From an uncultured Candidatus Saccharibacteria bacterium (GTDB lineage: Bacteria; Patescibacteriota; UBA1384; XYA2-FULL-43-10; 1-14-0-10-43-13): a stretch of 64,000 nucleotides of DNA. This document shows, piece after piece, positions 16,257 through 25,187 of the stretch. The notes under the pieces are model-generated. The model saw only the letters and a program-made list of their open reading frames with translations. It was not told the DNA's origin and ran no database searches. The stretch spans positions 486,755 through 550,754 of the forward strand of contig CAZIYE010000001.1 of assembly GCA_964543385.1 (NCBI GenBank), given 5' to 3'. The position numbers and the translations under genes are program-made. Numbering within the stretch: the first letter of the stretch is position 1; every line of letters starts with the position of its first letter.

Positions 16257-18110
16257 TTATTGTCCTAATAATTGCTTTGGATCAGTGGTAATTATCTGAT
16301 CTTCTGTATATGAAGCAACAGCCTTGAATGCAACATGATTTAATCCCGCAAAGAACAGTCCTTCCCCGACGTCGGACTCAAGAAGAAGGTATTTCTCTCC
16401 TTCGGTTAAATTAAAAGTTTCAGCTACGATATCTATTGATGCCGTTGATTGTTTCATAAGTATTTGCATTGATGAGTTGGCCACTACTGCTTTACCAAAC
16501 CTACTGCCCAAGAAATCCTCAACATCTTGGCTTATTATTGTAAGGCCAAGATAATATTTTCTGGCTCTTTTTGCCAATCCATGAAGAAATTTTGCAGAAT
16601 CCTCATATTGCATCATCCACCATGCTTCATCTACTATCATCAAGCGCTGCTTCATATTCATGCGGACTTTGGTCCAAATATAATCAAGAACGGTGTAGAT
16701 TGCTATTGGTCTCAGCTGTTCTTCGAGATCCCTAACGGAGAAGACCACAAAGCCGGGGTTTAATTCGAAATTCGTTGGCTGATTGTATAGATTTGCAAAT
16801 GAACCCTCTACATATTTTGATAATCTTGCTCGAAGTGACCCAGTTCCTTCTAGATTAGATAAAATATTATAGAAATCTTGAAGGAGGGGAGGTTCATTTT
16901 TCTGACTTGCTGGATCGACAGTGATGTCTTTTATTGCGTATGTTTCATAAAGAGCTTTGTCTATAATAGAATCTTCTTCAGGGCTGAGTCCGCCCGCCAT
17001 CAAATTAATAAGTCCATGTAGGGAAGAAATATTTGAACGGAGAACATCTTCTCCTGCCTCATTTGGATTGAGGGGTAGATCGAAAGGGTTGATTCTTTTG
17101 TCGGAGTTTAATGATATTTCCAGATAGCTGCCACCCACTGAATCGCAAAGAGTCTTATATTCATTCTCCGGGTCTATTACAATGACATCTGTCCCCAGCA
17201 TCAAATATCGGAGCGCTTCTAGTTTCACAAAGTAAGATTTACCAGAACCAGATTTTGCCAATACTATAGAATTAGCATTTTCCAATGAAAATCGGTCAAA
17301 TATAATTAATGAGTTATTGTGTCGATTTATTCCGTACAATATCCCATCATCCTGAGTCAATTCACTTGATGTAAAAGGAAATGTTGAAGATAGAGAAGCG
17401 GTATCGAGATTTCTAAGAACACTAATCCTATCAGACATGATCGGCAGCGTGGCAGTAAAGCCTTGCTCCATTTGGAATATTGATTGTTTTGTATAGATTA
17501 GCATTCCGCCAAGGGTTGATTCTACTTGGTCAGTTATCGTTTTTAGTTCCTCCTCTGATTTTGCGTACAGTGTGAAGTAGAGTCCAAACTGAAAAAGTCG
17601 AACCTCTCCTCTTTGAAGGACATCTCTTAATGATTCGACGTCGCCTAGCGCAGTTTCAAGCTCTGGATCCCTAGGTGAGCCTTTTTCTGCTTGAATTTGC
17701 ATTGTGGATTCAAGTTTTCCTACCTGAGTTTTGAGCTCAGTCATCACATCTTTAGATTCTAATGGGTGGATGTATAGCCCTATGTCCATTGTGATGTCAT
17801 AGTTTATGATTGGAGATAGCCAGTTTGTTTCTAAAAATCGGGGGTAAGTAAAGACGAATAATGTTTTAGTAAATTGAGTGCCAACTTGGAGACTGTTTGG
17901 GCTCACAATAAATGAGGCTGGTGCAATAATATCTCCAATAGCCACAGTCCCTTTTCGGAACTGTTCTTGGAGTTTTTTGCTCTGATCCCAAAAACCGTTT
18001 TCCTTAAGCTTTTTTGATTCGACTTCCCGTTGCTGTAGGTTGGCCTGAGCCATTGATCTTGGGTCTGGTGTTTGATTTTGTCCTGCTAAAACAGGGTTAT
18101 TATTGTCCAT
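16257..18110 (-). CDS. virB4: VirB4/TrbE/CagE-family T4SS ATPase, central plus C-terminal ATPase portion
   Basis: Walker A is 'SIVLAKSGSGKSYFV' and Walker B is 'RLMIVDEAWWMM'. The VirB4 middle-domain signature 'FTKTLFVFTYPRFLETNWLSPII' is present. The likely start MDNNNP is at 18110. The ORF-track start at 18176 lies inside the upstream ORF. Confidence 0.85.
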   Translation of the reverse strand: MDNNNPVLAGQNQTPDPRSMAQANLQQREVESKKLKENGFWDQSKKLQEQFRKGTVAIGDIIAPASFIVSPNSLQVGTQFTKTLFVFTYPRFLETNWLSPIINYDITMDIGLYIHPLESKDVMTELKTQVGKLESTMQIQAEKGSPRDPELETALGDVESLRDVLQRGEVRLFQFGLYFTLYAKSEEELKTITDQVESTLGGMLIYTKQSIFQMEQGFTATLPIMSDRISVLRNLDTASLSSTFPFTSSELTQDDGILYGINRHNNSLIIFDRFSLENANSIVLAKSGSGKSYFVKLEALRYLMLGTDVIVIDPENEYKTLCDSVGGSYLEISLNSDKRINPFDLPLNPNEAGEDVLRSNISSLHGLINLMAGGLSPEEDSIIDKALYETYAIKDITVDPASQKNEPPLLQDFYNILSNLEGTGSLRARLSKYVEGSFANLYNQPTNFELNPGFVVFSVRDLEEQLRPIAIYTVLDYIWTKVRMNMKQRLMIVDEAWWMMQYEDSAKFLHGLAKRARKYYLGLTIISQDVEDFLGSRFGKAVVANSSMQILMKQSTASIDIVAETFNLTEGEKYLLLESDVGEGLFFAGLNHVAFKAVASYTEDQIITTDPKQLLGQ

Positions 18111-19071
18111 TATTTTGTATGGTTGTATTAATTGGTTGAGCAGGGGCTGATTGTATAGGCATATTATTTGTATCAACAGCCGATGGTATCTGTTGGATTT
18201 GCTGTATCAATTGGTCAGTTGTATTTGATTGTATAGTATTGTTGCCAACGACTGGTTGTGTTCCTTGCGGGGTTTGTGCTGTCTTATCGGCTTCTTGGCG
18301 TCGTCGTGAGGCGATTTGCCTTTGTTGTTCCTCTACCATGTCAGCGTTATCAATTGATTCTTGAGAATCAACTTGTTCTACCGGTTGTTGTGTATTCTCA
18401 GAAATCTCATTCCTCGCAATTATTACTGGCGCTGACAATGTCTCCGCATCGCTAACCCTTTCCTTCGCCGACTCATCAGGATTATATATCTGGTAGAAGA
18501 GCTCTATTATTTGTTCAGTAGAAAGCTGGAAGCAATGTAAGCCCATGCTAGCCAAGCCCGAGGCAACAATACTCGCTCTTTGCCCTAGTTGGTCAGTAGA
18601 TGATTTGAACTCCGTATCAGTAACTTTGATATGGTCAAACGTTTGTGTCTTGGCAAACAGACTATCAAAGACATTTAATTTTTTTATATTAATTGGATCG
18701 TAGGGGACGACTAGATAAAAGGTCTTTTTCATAATATTGGCTATTGAGATCAGTTTTGACACAAAATCAACATAATCACCAATTTGCATTTTTATAAGTT
18801 CATTGATGCTTTTTTCAGAGGCCCTTTTTATTTTTTCAAGATAGGGATTCAAGTCTAATCGTCTCGATCTAATAACAATTTCAACAGGGAAGTGTAGAGA
18901 ATTAAGAAAACTCTGATATTGAAATATAAGTGAGTTTTGTTCTTGTTCACTTTTCAATGCAAAATTTACGGCAGATACTTCTAAAATCATGCGGTAACTA
19001 CCATCTTTCAATATCATTATACCGTCTTTGATACCGGCTATAGGAACAGATTGTTGGGTCGATAATGCCAT
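18100..19071 (-). CDS. VirB4 N-terminal domain (CagE/TrbE/VirB N-terminal-like) encoded as a separate 323-aa ORF ending in a Q/N/P/T-rich linker
   Basis: 'IAGIKDGIMILKDGSYRMILEVSAVNFALKSEQEQNSLIFQYQSFLNSLHFPVEIVIRS' matches the characteristic VirB4 N-terminus. A later segment 'ELFYQIYNPDE' also fits. The tail is low-complexity QQ/PT-rich. Its last 11 nt (ATGGACAATAA) contain the start of the ATPase ORF, and the low-complexity coding continues in both frames. Confidence 0.65.
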   Translation of the reverse strand: MALSTQQSVPIAGIKDGIMILKDGSYRMILEVSAVNFALKSEQEQNSLIFQYQSFLNSLHFPVEIVIRSRRLDLNPYLEKIKRASEKSINELIKMQIGDYVDFVSKLISIANIMKKTFYLVVPYDPINIKKLNVFDSLFAKTQTFDHIKVTDTEFKSSTDQLGQRASIVASGLASMGLHCFQLSTEQIIELFYQIYNPDESAKERVSDAETLSAPVIIARNEISENTQQPVEQVDSQESIDNADMVEEQQRQIASRRRQEADKTAQTPQGTQPVVGNNTIQSNTTDQLIQQIQQIPSAVDTNNMPIQSAPAQPINTTIQNNGQ

Positions 19072-19088
19072 ATATTAACTTTAAATAA

Positions 19089-19511
19089 TTATTTTCTAAT
19101 TAGCGGGCTGTTGTCACCCGAGTCGGATTTTTTAGCCAGGATGTCTATTTGTGATTGACTAATGTTCTTATGTTGGATTTTTTGTTCGTTACTTTTTTCA
19201 ACATGATAAATTTCTATATTTAAATTACTACCTAGGCTTTGATGCCAGAACCTTCTCTTTGGTGTAGCGGCATATTCTATGGCAGAAATAAAGAAATCTA
19301 AAAATGGTCTCTCATTTACTTTGACGAAATCAAGACAAACAACAAAAAGTGCTATAGGGGCAATTAAAAAGTATGACGCCGGACGAGGCAAGCTCATATA
19401 GATGGCATAGCATGTGCCAAATCCAACTACCGCATAAACAAACTGGATCATTGTTAATGGTCCTAAAATGCGATCCTGCATATCTATATTTTGTGGAACT
19501 TTAAATTGCAA
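19089..19511 (-). CDS. PrgI/VirB3-like small T4SS membrane protein
   Basis: The 140-aa product starts 'MQFKVPQNIDMQDRILGPLTMIQFVYAVVGFGTCYAIY' (M.KvP..I...dki.G.LTlrQ motif of PrgI/VirB3 family) and has two predicted TM helices. It lies immediately upstream of virB4, the usual VirB3 position. Confidence 0.55.
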   Translation of the reverse strand: MQFKVPQNIDMQDRILGPLTMIQFVYAVVGFGTCYAIYMSLPRPASYFLIAPIALFVVCLDFVKVNERPFLDFFISAIEYAATPKRRFWHQSLGSNLNIEIYHVEKSNEQKIQHKNISQSQIDILAKKSDSGDNSPLIRK

Positions 19512-19577
19512 TTAACCCCTCCAAAGATATTCTTCAATTCAATTTTACCATTAAGATGAAAGACAATCAATCAAAGG

Positions 19578-20396
19578 TTATTCGGGCAATGGGATAATAT
19601 AATCAGTCTTGTTTTGCATTGCTAAGTCTTCTTCTTCAAACCAATAAGCCGCAATTTGATCTATTAACTGTCCTTTTGACGGGTTATTTTTCGGATTTAT
19701 TTTTCTGCACTTCATAACAGCATTACCAGCCGTAACCATTCTCTCAACGATTGTCATAAGCATACCGGCAGTCTTCGTTTCGAGCATATCTTTTGGGTGT
19801 CCTGCCTTGGTTAGTGCCTCTATTGCCCTTCTCTTGGCATCGTTTGGTACTAGAATTAAGACTTTAAGATCAGCATGAGTATAGACAAGCTCACTGACCT
19901 CTGCTGCTACTTCTTCATATATCATATTCACATATCGACTACAGTATGGCAATATTTCCAGAAATTCCTCCCAATACTCAGTCACCCTCATAATCTTTTT
20001 TGACTTCTCGAGCAGAATGATCCTTCCAATCGATTTGACGGTTTCTTCAAAATTATTTTCATCAACCTTAAAATCGATGTTATTTTTCTCACAAGTTTCG
20101 TTTAGTTTACCAATCACAATTTTCTTATCAGCTTTCTTAAGGACATCAATATTCATTTTTGATGCAAGGTCGATGAATTTTATTCGCTGGTCTCCGATAG
20201 TAATATTTAAAACATCACAGTAAGATCCCTCGGCCAGAGAAGCAGACATCATAATGGGGAACGATTCCTTTCTTATAAGATCTATATATTCGGCCTTTTT
20301 ATTGCGCAGAAAAACCAGACTCTCACTAAAAGAACTGGTGTTAACGGCTGACAGGATAATATCATGTAATATTTTTTTTGCTTCCTCTTCTTGCAT
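19578..20396 (-). CDS. Hypothetical cytoplasmic protein, T4SS-operon-associated
   Basis: The 272-aa product has no TM segments or recognisable motifs. It is tightly packed between the VirB6-like and VirB3-like genes on the same strand. Confidence 0.5.
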   Translation of the reverse strand: MQEEEAKKILHDIILSAVNTSSFSESLVFLRNKKAEYIDLIRKESFPIMMSASLAEGSYCDVLNITIGDQRIKFIDLASKMNIDVLKKADKKIVIGKLNETCEKNNIDFKVDENNFEETVKSIGRIILLEKSKKIMRVTEYWEEFLEILPYCSRYVNMIYEEVAAEVSELVYTHADLKVLILVPNDAKRRAIEALTKAGHPKDMLETKTAGMLMTIVERMVTAGNAVMKCRKINPKNNPSKGQLIDQIAAYWFEEEDLAMQNKTDYIIPLPE

Positions 20397-20413
20397 TTTT
20401 TACCTTTTGAATA

Positions 20414-23038
20414 CTAAGTTGGCGCACCTGGCAATAATTGTGTTTCTACGGCATCGTTTAAATGGCGACGATCGGAATTCTTTGGATAAGTTTTATAATA
20501 ATCCACCATTAGTGTTCTCAGAGTTTCAGTGTCACCATTTGTGACCGCTGTCTGAAATGCATCCCAAAGTGCTGCAGCGGTCTTCGAGTCTGTACGGTGA
20601 TCTTTCTTTAGTTCTTCAACAAGCCATTTTTGACCGATAGATAAGACATCGGATTCCGGCGCTTGGCTAAGAATTGCCTCGGTGGTCTTGGCGCTATCTG
20701 CTTCACTATTCAAGTGGTACCTCATCCCCTCGGCATTAGCATAAATTCTACTCTCCTTATTTGAATCTTCAATTACCTCACCATTTCTTAGTCTTGATGT
20801 TAGCTCTTCGGTTAAGCCATCTTTTAGATCGGAGCCAAAGAAAATACTAACCGTCTCTTCAGCACTTCGCTTGGCATAGTCATTTGCAGCTCGACTATTC
20901 GTTTTGGTCATAGCAATACCTTTGTTTCTGGTATATACAACTCTTTCCATTAGTCTGATATCATCGACTCTGCCATCTTTGTCTAAATGGACCATATCTC
21001 TGAGGTGTGAATCGATATAGCCTTTATCGGGATCATCTAATTGTTTATTTAATTTATCAATCATCCTTTGCCTATTTGTTGTTGCCTTCTGTACTGCATG
21101 CGAAAATCTTTCGCTATCGAGAACTAATTGTTCGCCTTCTTGGAGAATATTCTGTGATGCAAGGATATTGGAGACTCTGCGACTGGTTGACATTACATCG
21201 AGGACGGCTTTCCTTCGTTTCTCGGTCGCTGTAGCTTCCTCTTTTGTCATTTGATCTGTCTTTGTAATCTCTGCAAGGGCTCTGGCATGTTGTCTTTTCT
21301 CATCTGCCGTCAACTGGTCGAGCGCTTTCTTTCTTGACTGCAGGTATTTGATGAGCTCTCTAACTTCTGCCGAGGAAGAATCTGATAATTTCTTGATCTC
21401 GTCTAGCATCATAACAGCCAATTGCCTTTCTTGAAGAGCGCTTCTTTCAAGAGCTGGTTTTACTGAAGCGTCGTTGAGCATTTTTTCCATACCGGCCTTT
21501 GACGATTCTTCGGCAGATCTTGCTCTGCGAAACAATTGCTGGAAAAGTTCTGCTTCTTTTGCGTCAGTACCAAGAAGCGCCAGATTTGATGCTTTTCTTT
21601 TGGCAAACTCTTCTTTGCTTTCATGATCCTTTTGACTTCCGCCGCCACTTAGCCATAAATATTGACCATTTTGTCTTAAGGCGTTATCCATACTTGTAGC
21701 AGCCCCCATCCGACCCGCGGCCATACCAGAGCCGGCTCTCCATTTCTCGTATTGCTTCCACATCGGATTTTCAGGGTCAGTGATACCTAGTTTTTGCAGT
21801 GCTTCAAGTCCATAGGCTTCATATTCGCCGACTTCACCATTACGGTTTTTTATCCACTCAATTTCCATCGTGCGGCTAAGGCCCTTATCGAGGTTATACC
21901 TCCCCTGTATACCCTCGGTAATTCCCTTAGATAATCGCGATACATGTGCTTCGTCTGCTGCTAATTTGTCCCCACCACTTCCAATCCAATTTTTACCAAG
22001 CCATCTGACCCAACCAAACTTGCCCTCTCTTTGCATATTGAGTCCAAACTTCTTATATCTTTCCCAACCAAGACTGGCTGTGGCTTTAACTCGACGACCC
22101 CAATAGTCTTTGGCATTGTTTGCAAGGAATTTAGATCCGGTGTATGTCCAAAATTTATCCATAACTACGCCACCCATCTTGAATGGTATGGCAATGGCGG
22201 CATATAAACAAAGGCCAGCCAATAAGGCACTAACTATAGGTGACGGCAGCCATGAGGTTGCTACGATAGGATTCTCAACGAATATAGTCCCAAGCCATAG
22301 GAAAAAGATTGCTGGCACTGGCATGAATGTCCATTTTAAAAATTCACTCCACCATTTACTAAAATATGGTTTTGTTTGAGGAAGAGCCAGTGTCATGAAA
22401 GCGACGGAAGAAACTATTGTCAAAAGATATATCATCCATGTTCGAACAATAAATATAAAACTGAGTACGAGGGTAAGAGCACTTCCAACAAGCATAAATA
22501 ATATTTTTACAACAACATCAAAGAACATCGAGTAAGTGAACTTTGCGAAATCTATAGATTCGCCCATCAATTTATCTCTAAAAGTATATTTATAAGTATC
22601 TCCCATGCCAGACGCTTGGCCTAGTAGGTTTGGGTCGGTAAATAAGGTGATAGACATATTGGCAAAGTCTATTACCAATTTACATATAAGATAACTAAAT
22701 TGGGCAGCAATGATTGCAAGTAAAAGGGTAGGCAATATCTTTTTAAAACTGTAAGTGTCAATTTTTAAGTGCAGTATCTCAGCGAAAGCTACTACTACTA
22801 CTACTAGGATGATAGGTATATTAATAATATTTAGAAATCCAGTATGTAGATTCTTAATATCATTATTACTTCTTAGTGTTTGTTGTATGGTCTCTGCATG
22901 GGCTTCTGAAGGCATCAAAATAATCACCATTAGAATTGTCAATAGAATAGAGAAGGTGATGTATCTATTTAATTTTAATTTATTGTTAATTAGGTGCATA
23001 TTTAAATTCACATTTTGTTTCTTTAGCACCAATAGCAT
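20414..23038 (-). CDS. VirB6/TrbL-like polytopic membrane protein with a large C-terminal coiled-coil domain
   Basis: An N-terminal signal-like segment (ILLTILMVIILMPSEAHA) precedes at least seven hydrophobic helices across aa ~60-330. The ~500-aa hydrophilic C-terminal domain is rich in coiled-coil/charged residues. Size and topology resemble Gram-positive VirB6 analogs (ConG/TcpH-like). The assignment rests on topology and context, not motifs. Confidence 0.5.
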   Translation of the reverse strand: MLLVLKKQNVNLNMHLINNKLKLNRYITFSILLTILMVIILMPSEAHAETIQQTLRSNNDIKNLHTGFLNIINIPIILVVVVVAFAEILHLKIDTYSFKKILPTLLLAIIAAQFSYLICKLVIDFANMSITLFTDPNLLGQASGMGDTYKYTFRDKLMGESIDFAKFTYSMFFDVVVKILFMLVGSALTLVLSFIFIVRTWMIYLLTIVSSVAFMTLALPQTKPYFSKWWSEFLKWTFMPVPAIFFLWLGTIFVENPIVATSWLPSPIVSALLAGLCLYAAIAIPFKMGGVVMDKFWTYTGSKFLANNAKDYWGRRVKATASLGWERYKKFGLNMQREGKFGWVRWLGKNWIGSGGDKLAADEAHVSRLSKGITEGIQGRYNLDKGLSRTMEIEWIKNRNGEVGEYEAYGLEALQKLGITDPENPMWKQYEKWRAGSGMAAGRMGAATSMDNALRQNGQYLWLSGGGSQKDHESKEEFAKRKASNLALLGTDAKEAELFQQLFRRARSAEESSKAGMEKMLNDASVKPALERSALQERQLAVMMLDEIKKLSDSSSAEVRELIKYLQSRKKALDQLTADEKRQHARALAEITKTDQMTKEEATATEKRRKAVLDVMSTSRRVSNILASQNILQEGEQLVLDSERFSHAVQKATTNRQRMIDKLNKQLDDPDKGYIDSHLRDMVHLDKDGRVDDIRLMERVVYTRNKGIAMTKTNSRAANDYAKRSAEETVSIFFGSDLKDGLTEELTSRLRNGEVIEDSNKESRIYANAEGMRYHLNSEADSAKTTEAILSQAPESDVLSIGQKWLVEELKKDHRTDSKTAAALWDAFQTAVTNGDTETLRTLMVDYYKTYPKNSDRRHLNDAVETQLLPGAPT

Positions 23039-25064
23039 TATTAAAAAGACAGAAAGAGAACTTCCATATTGAAAATGCTAGATCATGGATAAACTTTAAA
23101 ATATTACATAGTGCCCAAGCAAAAGGGTCCAGCCCTTTGCCAGTAATAGATATTTTTGGACATGTTGAATCAAACCATGGGGATGATTTCAGTATGCCCA
23201 AAAATCTTAAAACAGCAATACCGAGTAAACCTGCCCCTACAAGGACTTTTTTGATTGCTCCAGGTATCATCCCTATCCATTTTCCGACTATTTCGGCACC
23301 CTGAAATAGTCCATACAATGCTTTTCCTATCAACCCCTTGAAGCCTGGCTTTGCCATCAGATCAACAATTTTAACTCCGAGTGCTGTCCATAAAAGTTTC
23401 AATTTGTTTCCAGCTCCCGCAAAAAAGGTAATTTTACTTAGCAATCTTCCTATTGGACCAAGTGCTAATTTGCCAATCCAGCCGACTCCTTGCAATAATT
23501 TTCCTGCGGGTATTAATGAAATAGCCATCCATATCGATGCCTTTACGATGTTTCCCGCATTCTTACTCTTTATTGCGTTATAAAGATCAATGCCAGAGAT
23601 TACAATACCTGCCACATACAAGACCGCAACTGCTGCGGCCAATGGGGCGATGGCTTGTGCCCTTTGCGGTCTTAGCCCACCTATTACTGCCCCTTCTTCA
23701 TTTATTCTTAGCTCGTCCATGCTATTAATTTTATCTTCAGGATCTTTGGATAGTTCATTTGCTACTTCATTTCCCATTTCGGGCCAAAAAGGAAGCTCCT
23801 GTAACTCCTCTTTGGTTTGTGGGTCATATGATGCAAGTTTCACTTGGTATTTATCTATTGCTTTAAGAGCTGACATCATCTCTGGTGCCATCAGTATCTC
23901 TTCTGAATATTTTGGCATCTCAAACCCTCTTTGATTGTCAATTTGTTCATCCATGTAGCTTATCAAGTCTGTCATCATGGTGAGATTAAAAAAAGCTTTT
24001 GCCGCTTCTTCTTTATTTTCGATCTTCTGACTATCAAGGTATCGTTTATATGCGACAACGCTATCAGAAAGTTCGGTAGCATCAGCATCATTAAACTTAT
24101 TTGGGTATGAAATCTTATTGCTTTGATCAAGAGTAAAATTACCGTTGGCGGCTGCCTTGGCTAAATGATCCTGAATTTGTTTCCTAGTTTTACAATCATT
24201 TTTGCTGTTGCATTCAAGTTTCTTTAGCCAAAAGTCATTAAGACTACCATTCTCATTGAGATAATTGTTCCAGAAACCATCCTTTTCAATCCCGTTCCAT
24301 GTCTTCTCAACCACCTCAATTTCTCTGGTTATTGGCTCTTTGTACAAAACGAACTTATCATCTTTCTTTTGATAAACCTCTACAATCACTTTGTGTTTGC
24401 TTCCAGATTTATCTGCCACAGATTGAGCCAGAAAAGTGTCCCATGTATAAATAAAGTTAAGTTGTTTCTTATCCTTATAATTGATAAATGAGTCCTTAAA
24501 ACTAGTTCGTCCGTTAGATTCTTGTATTGAAATATTAATTTTATCTATTGTTTCTTCCGAGCTATCTTTAATCCAGAAAGATACAGATATTGGCGTGGTT
24601 GCTCCAAGAGCTACTTTGTCAGCGGTTTGGAGCAAAATTGCAACATCCGGCATCTCTGAATCGTCGGGCACATTCGGAACTACCACTTCAGCGTTACCTA
24701 TATCGCTGTTCTCCGATGAATCATCTGTGGTTGTGGGGGAATCTGATGAATCTGTTTCAGTGTTGTCAGTTTCATCGGCGTCCTCATTTACACTATCTTC
24801 CGTATCTAGTAGATCTTCTTCGGGAGTTAGCATTAGTTCTTCTTCTGCATTGGCTTTATTGATGAGATTTGATAGAGAAGCCTTTTTACTGCTGTTTTTA
24901 AAATTTTCAACCCCATCTGCCAAATATTTTAGGCGGTTGTTGACTCTCGCAATTTCCGCATTGAGATTATTTTGCTCTATTTCCTTGACCTGAATCAAGG
25001 GTTGAAACAGCAAAAAAACTAAGCTAAAAATTAAAGCCCAAGATATTATGCTTCTGAGTTTCAT
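22986..25064 (-). CDS. Secreted protein with a signal peptide, acidic Asp/Ser/Thr-rich stretch and a C-terminal Gly-rich amphipathic hydrophobic domain; T4SS-operon first gene
   Basis: The N-terminus MKLRSIISWALIFSLVFLLFQPLIQV is a signal peptide. The C-terminal ~200 aa are Gly/Ala/Leu/Lys-rich hydrophobic repeats (GKLLQGVGWIGKLALGPIGRLL... glycine-zipper-like). It overlaps the next gene by ~14-52 nt. Confidence 0.55.
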   Translation of the reverse strand: MKLRSIISWALIFSLVFLLFQPLIQVKEIEQNNLNAEIARVNNRLKYLADGVENFKNSSKKASLSNLINKANAEEELMLTPEEDLLDTEDSVNEDADETDNTETDSSDSPTTTDDSSENSDIGNAEVVVPNVPDDSEMPDVAILLQTADKVALGATTPISVSFWIKDSSEETIDKINISIQESNGRTSFKDSFINYKDKKQLNFIYTWDTFLAQSVADKSGSKHKVIVEVYQKKDDKFVLYKEPITREIEVVEKTWNGIEKDGFWNNYLNENGSLNDFWLKKLECNSKNDCKTRKQIQDHLAKAAANGNFTLDQSNKISYPNKFNDADATELSDSVVAYKRYLDSQKIENKEEAAKAFFNLTMMTDLISYMDEQIDNQRGFEMPKYSEEILMAPEMMSALKAIDKYQVKLASYDPQTKEELQELPFWPEMGNEVANELSKDPEDKINSMDELRINEEGAVIGGLRPQRAQAIAPLAAAVAVLYVAGIVISGIDLYNAIKSKNAGNIVKASIWMAISLIPAGKLLQGVGWIGKLALGPIGRLLSKITFFAGAGNKLKLLWTALGVKIVDLMAKPGFKGLIGKALYGLFQGAEIVGKWIGMIPGAIKKVLVGAGLLGIAVLRFLGILKSSPWFDSTCPKISITGKGLDPFAWALCNILKFIHDLAFSIWKFSFCLFNNAIGAKETKCEFKYAPN

Positions 25065-25187
25065 TTCCCTCTCTTTGTTATAGTTGGCCCCACCAATTAC
25101 TGTCTATATAAATTATAAACGATTGAGGGGTAAAAAGTAAATGAAAATTAAATAACAATCTTCAAAATAAAATGACTTAATCTATAC

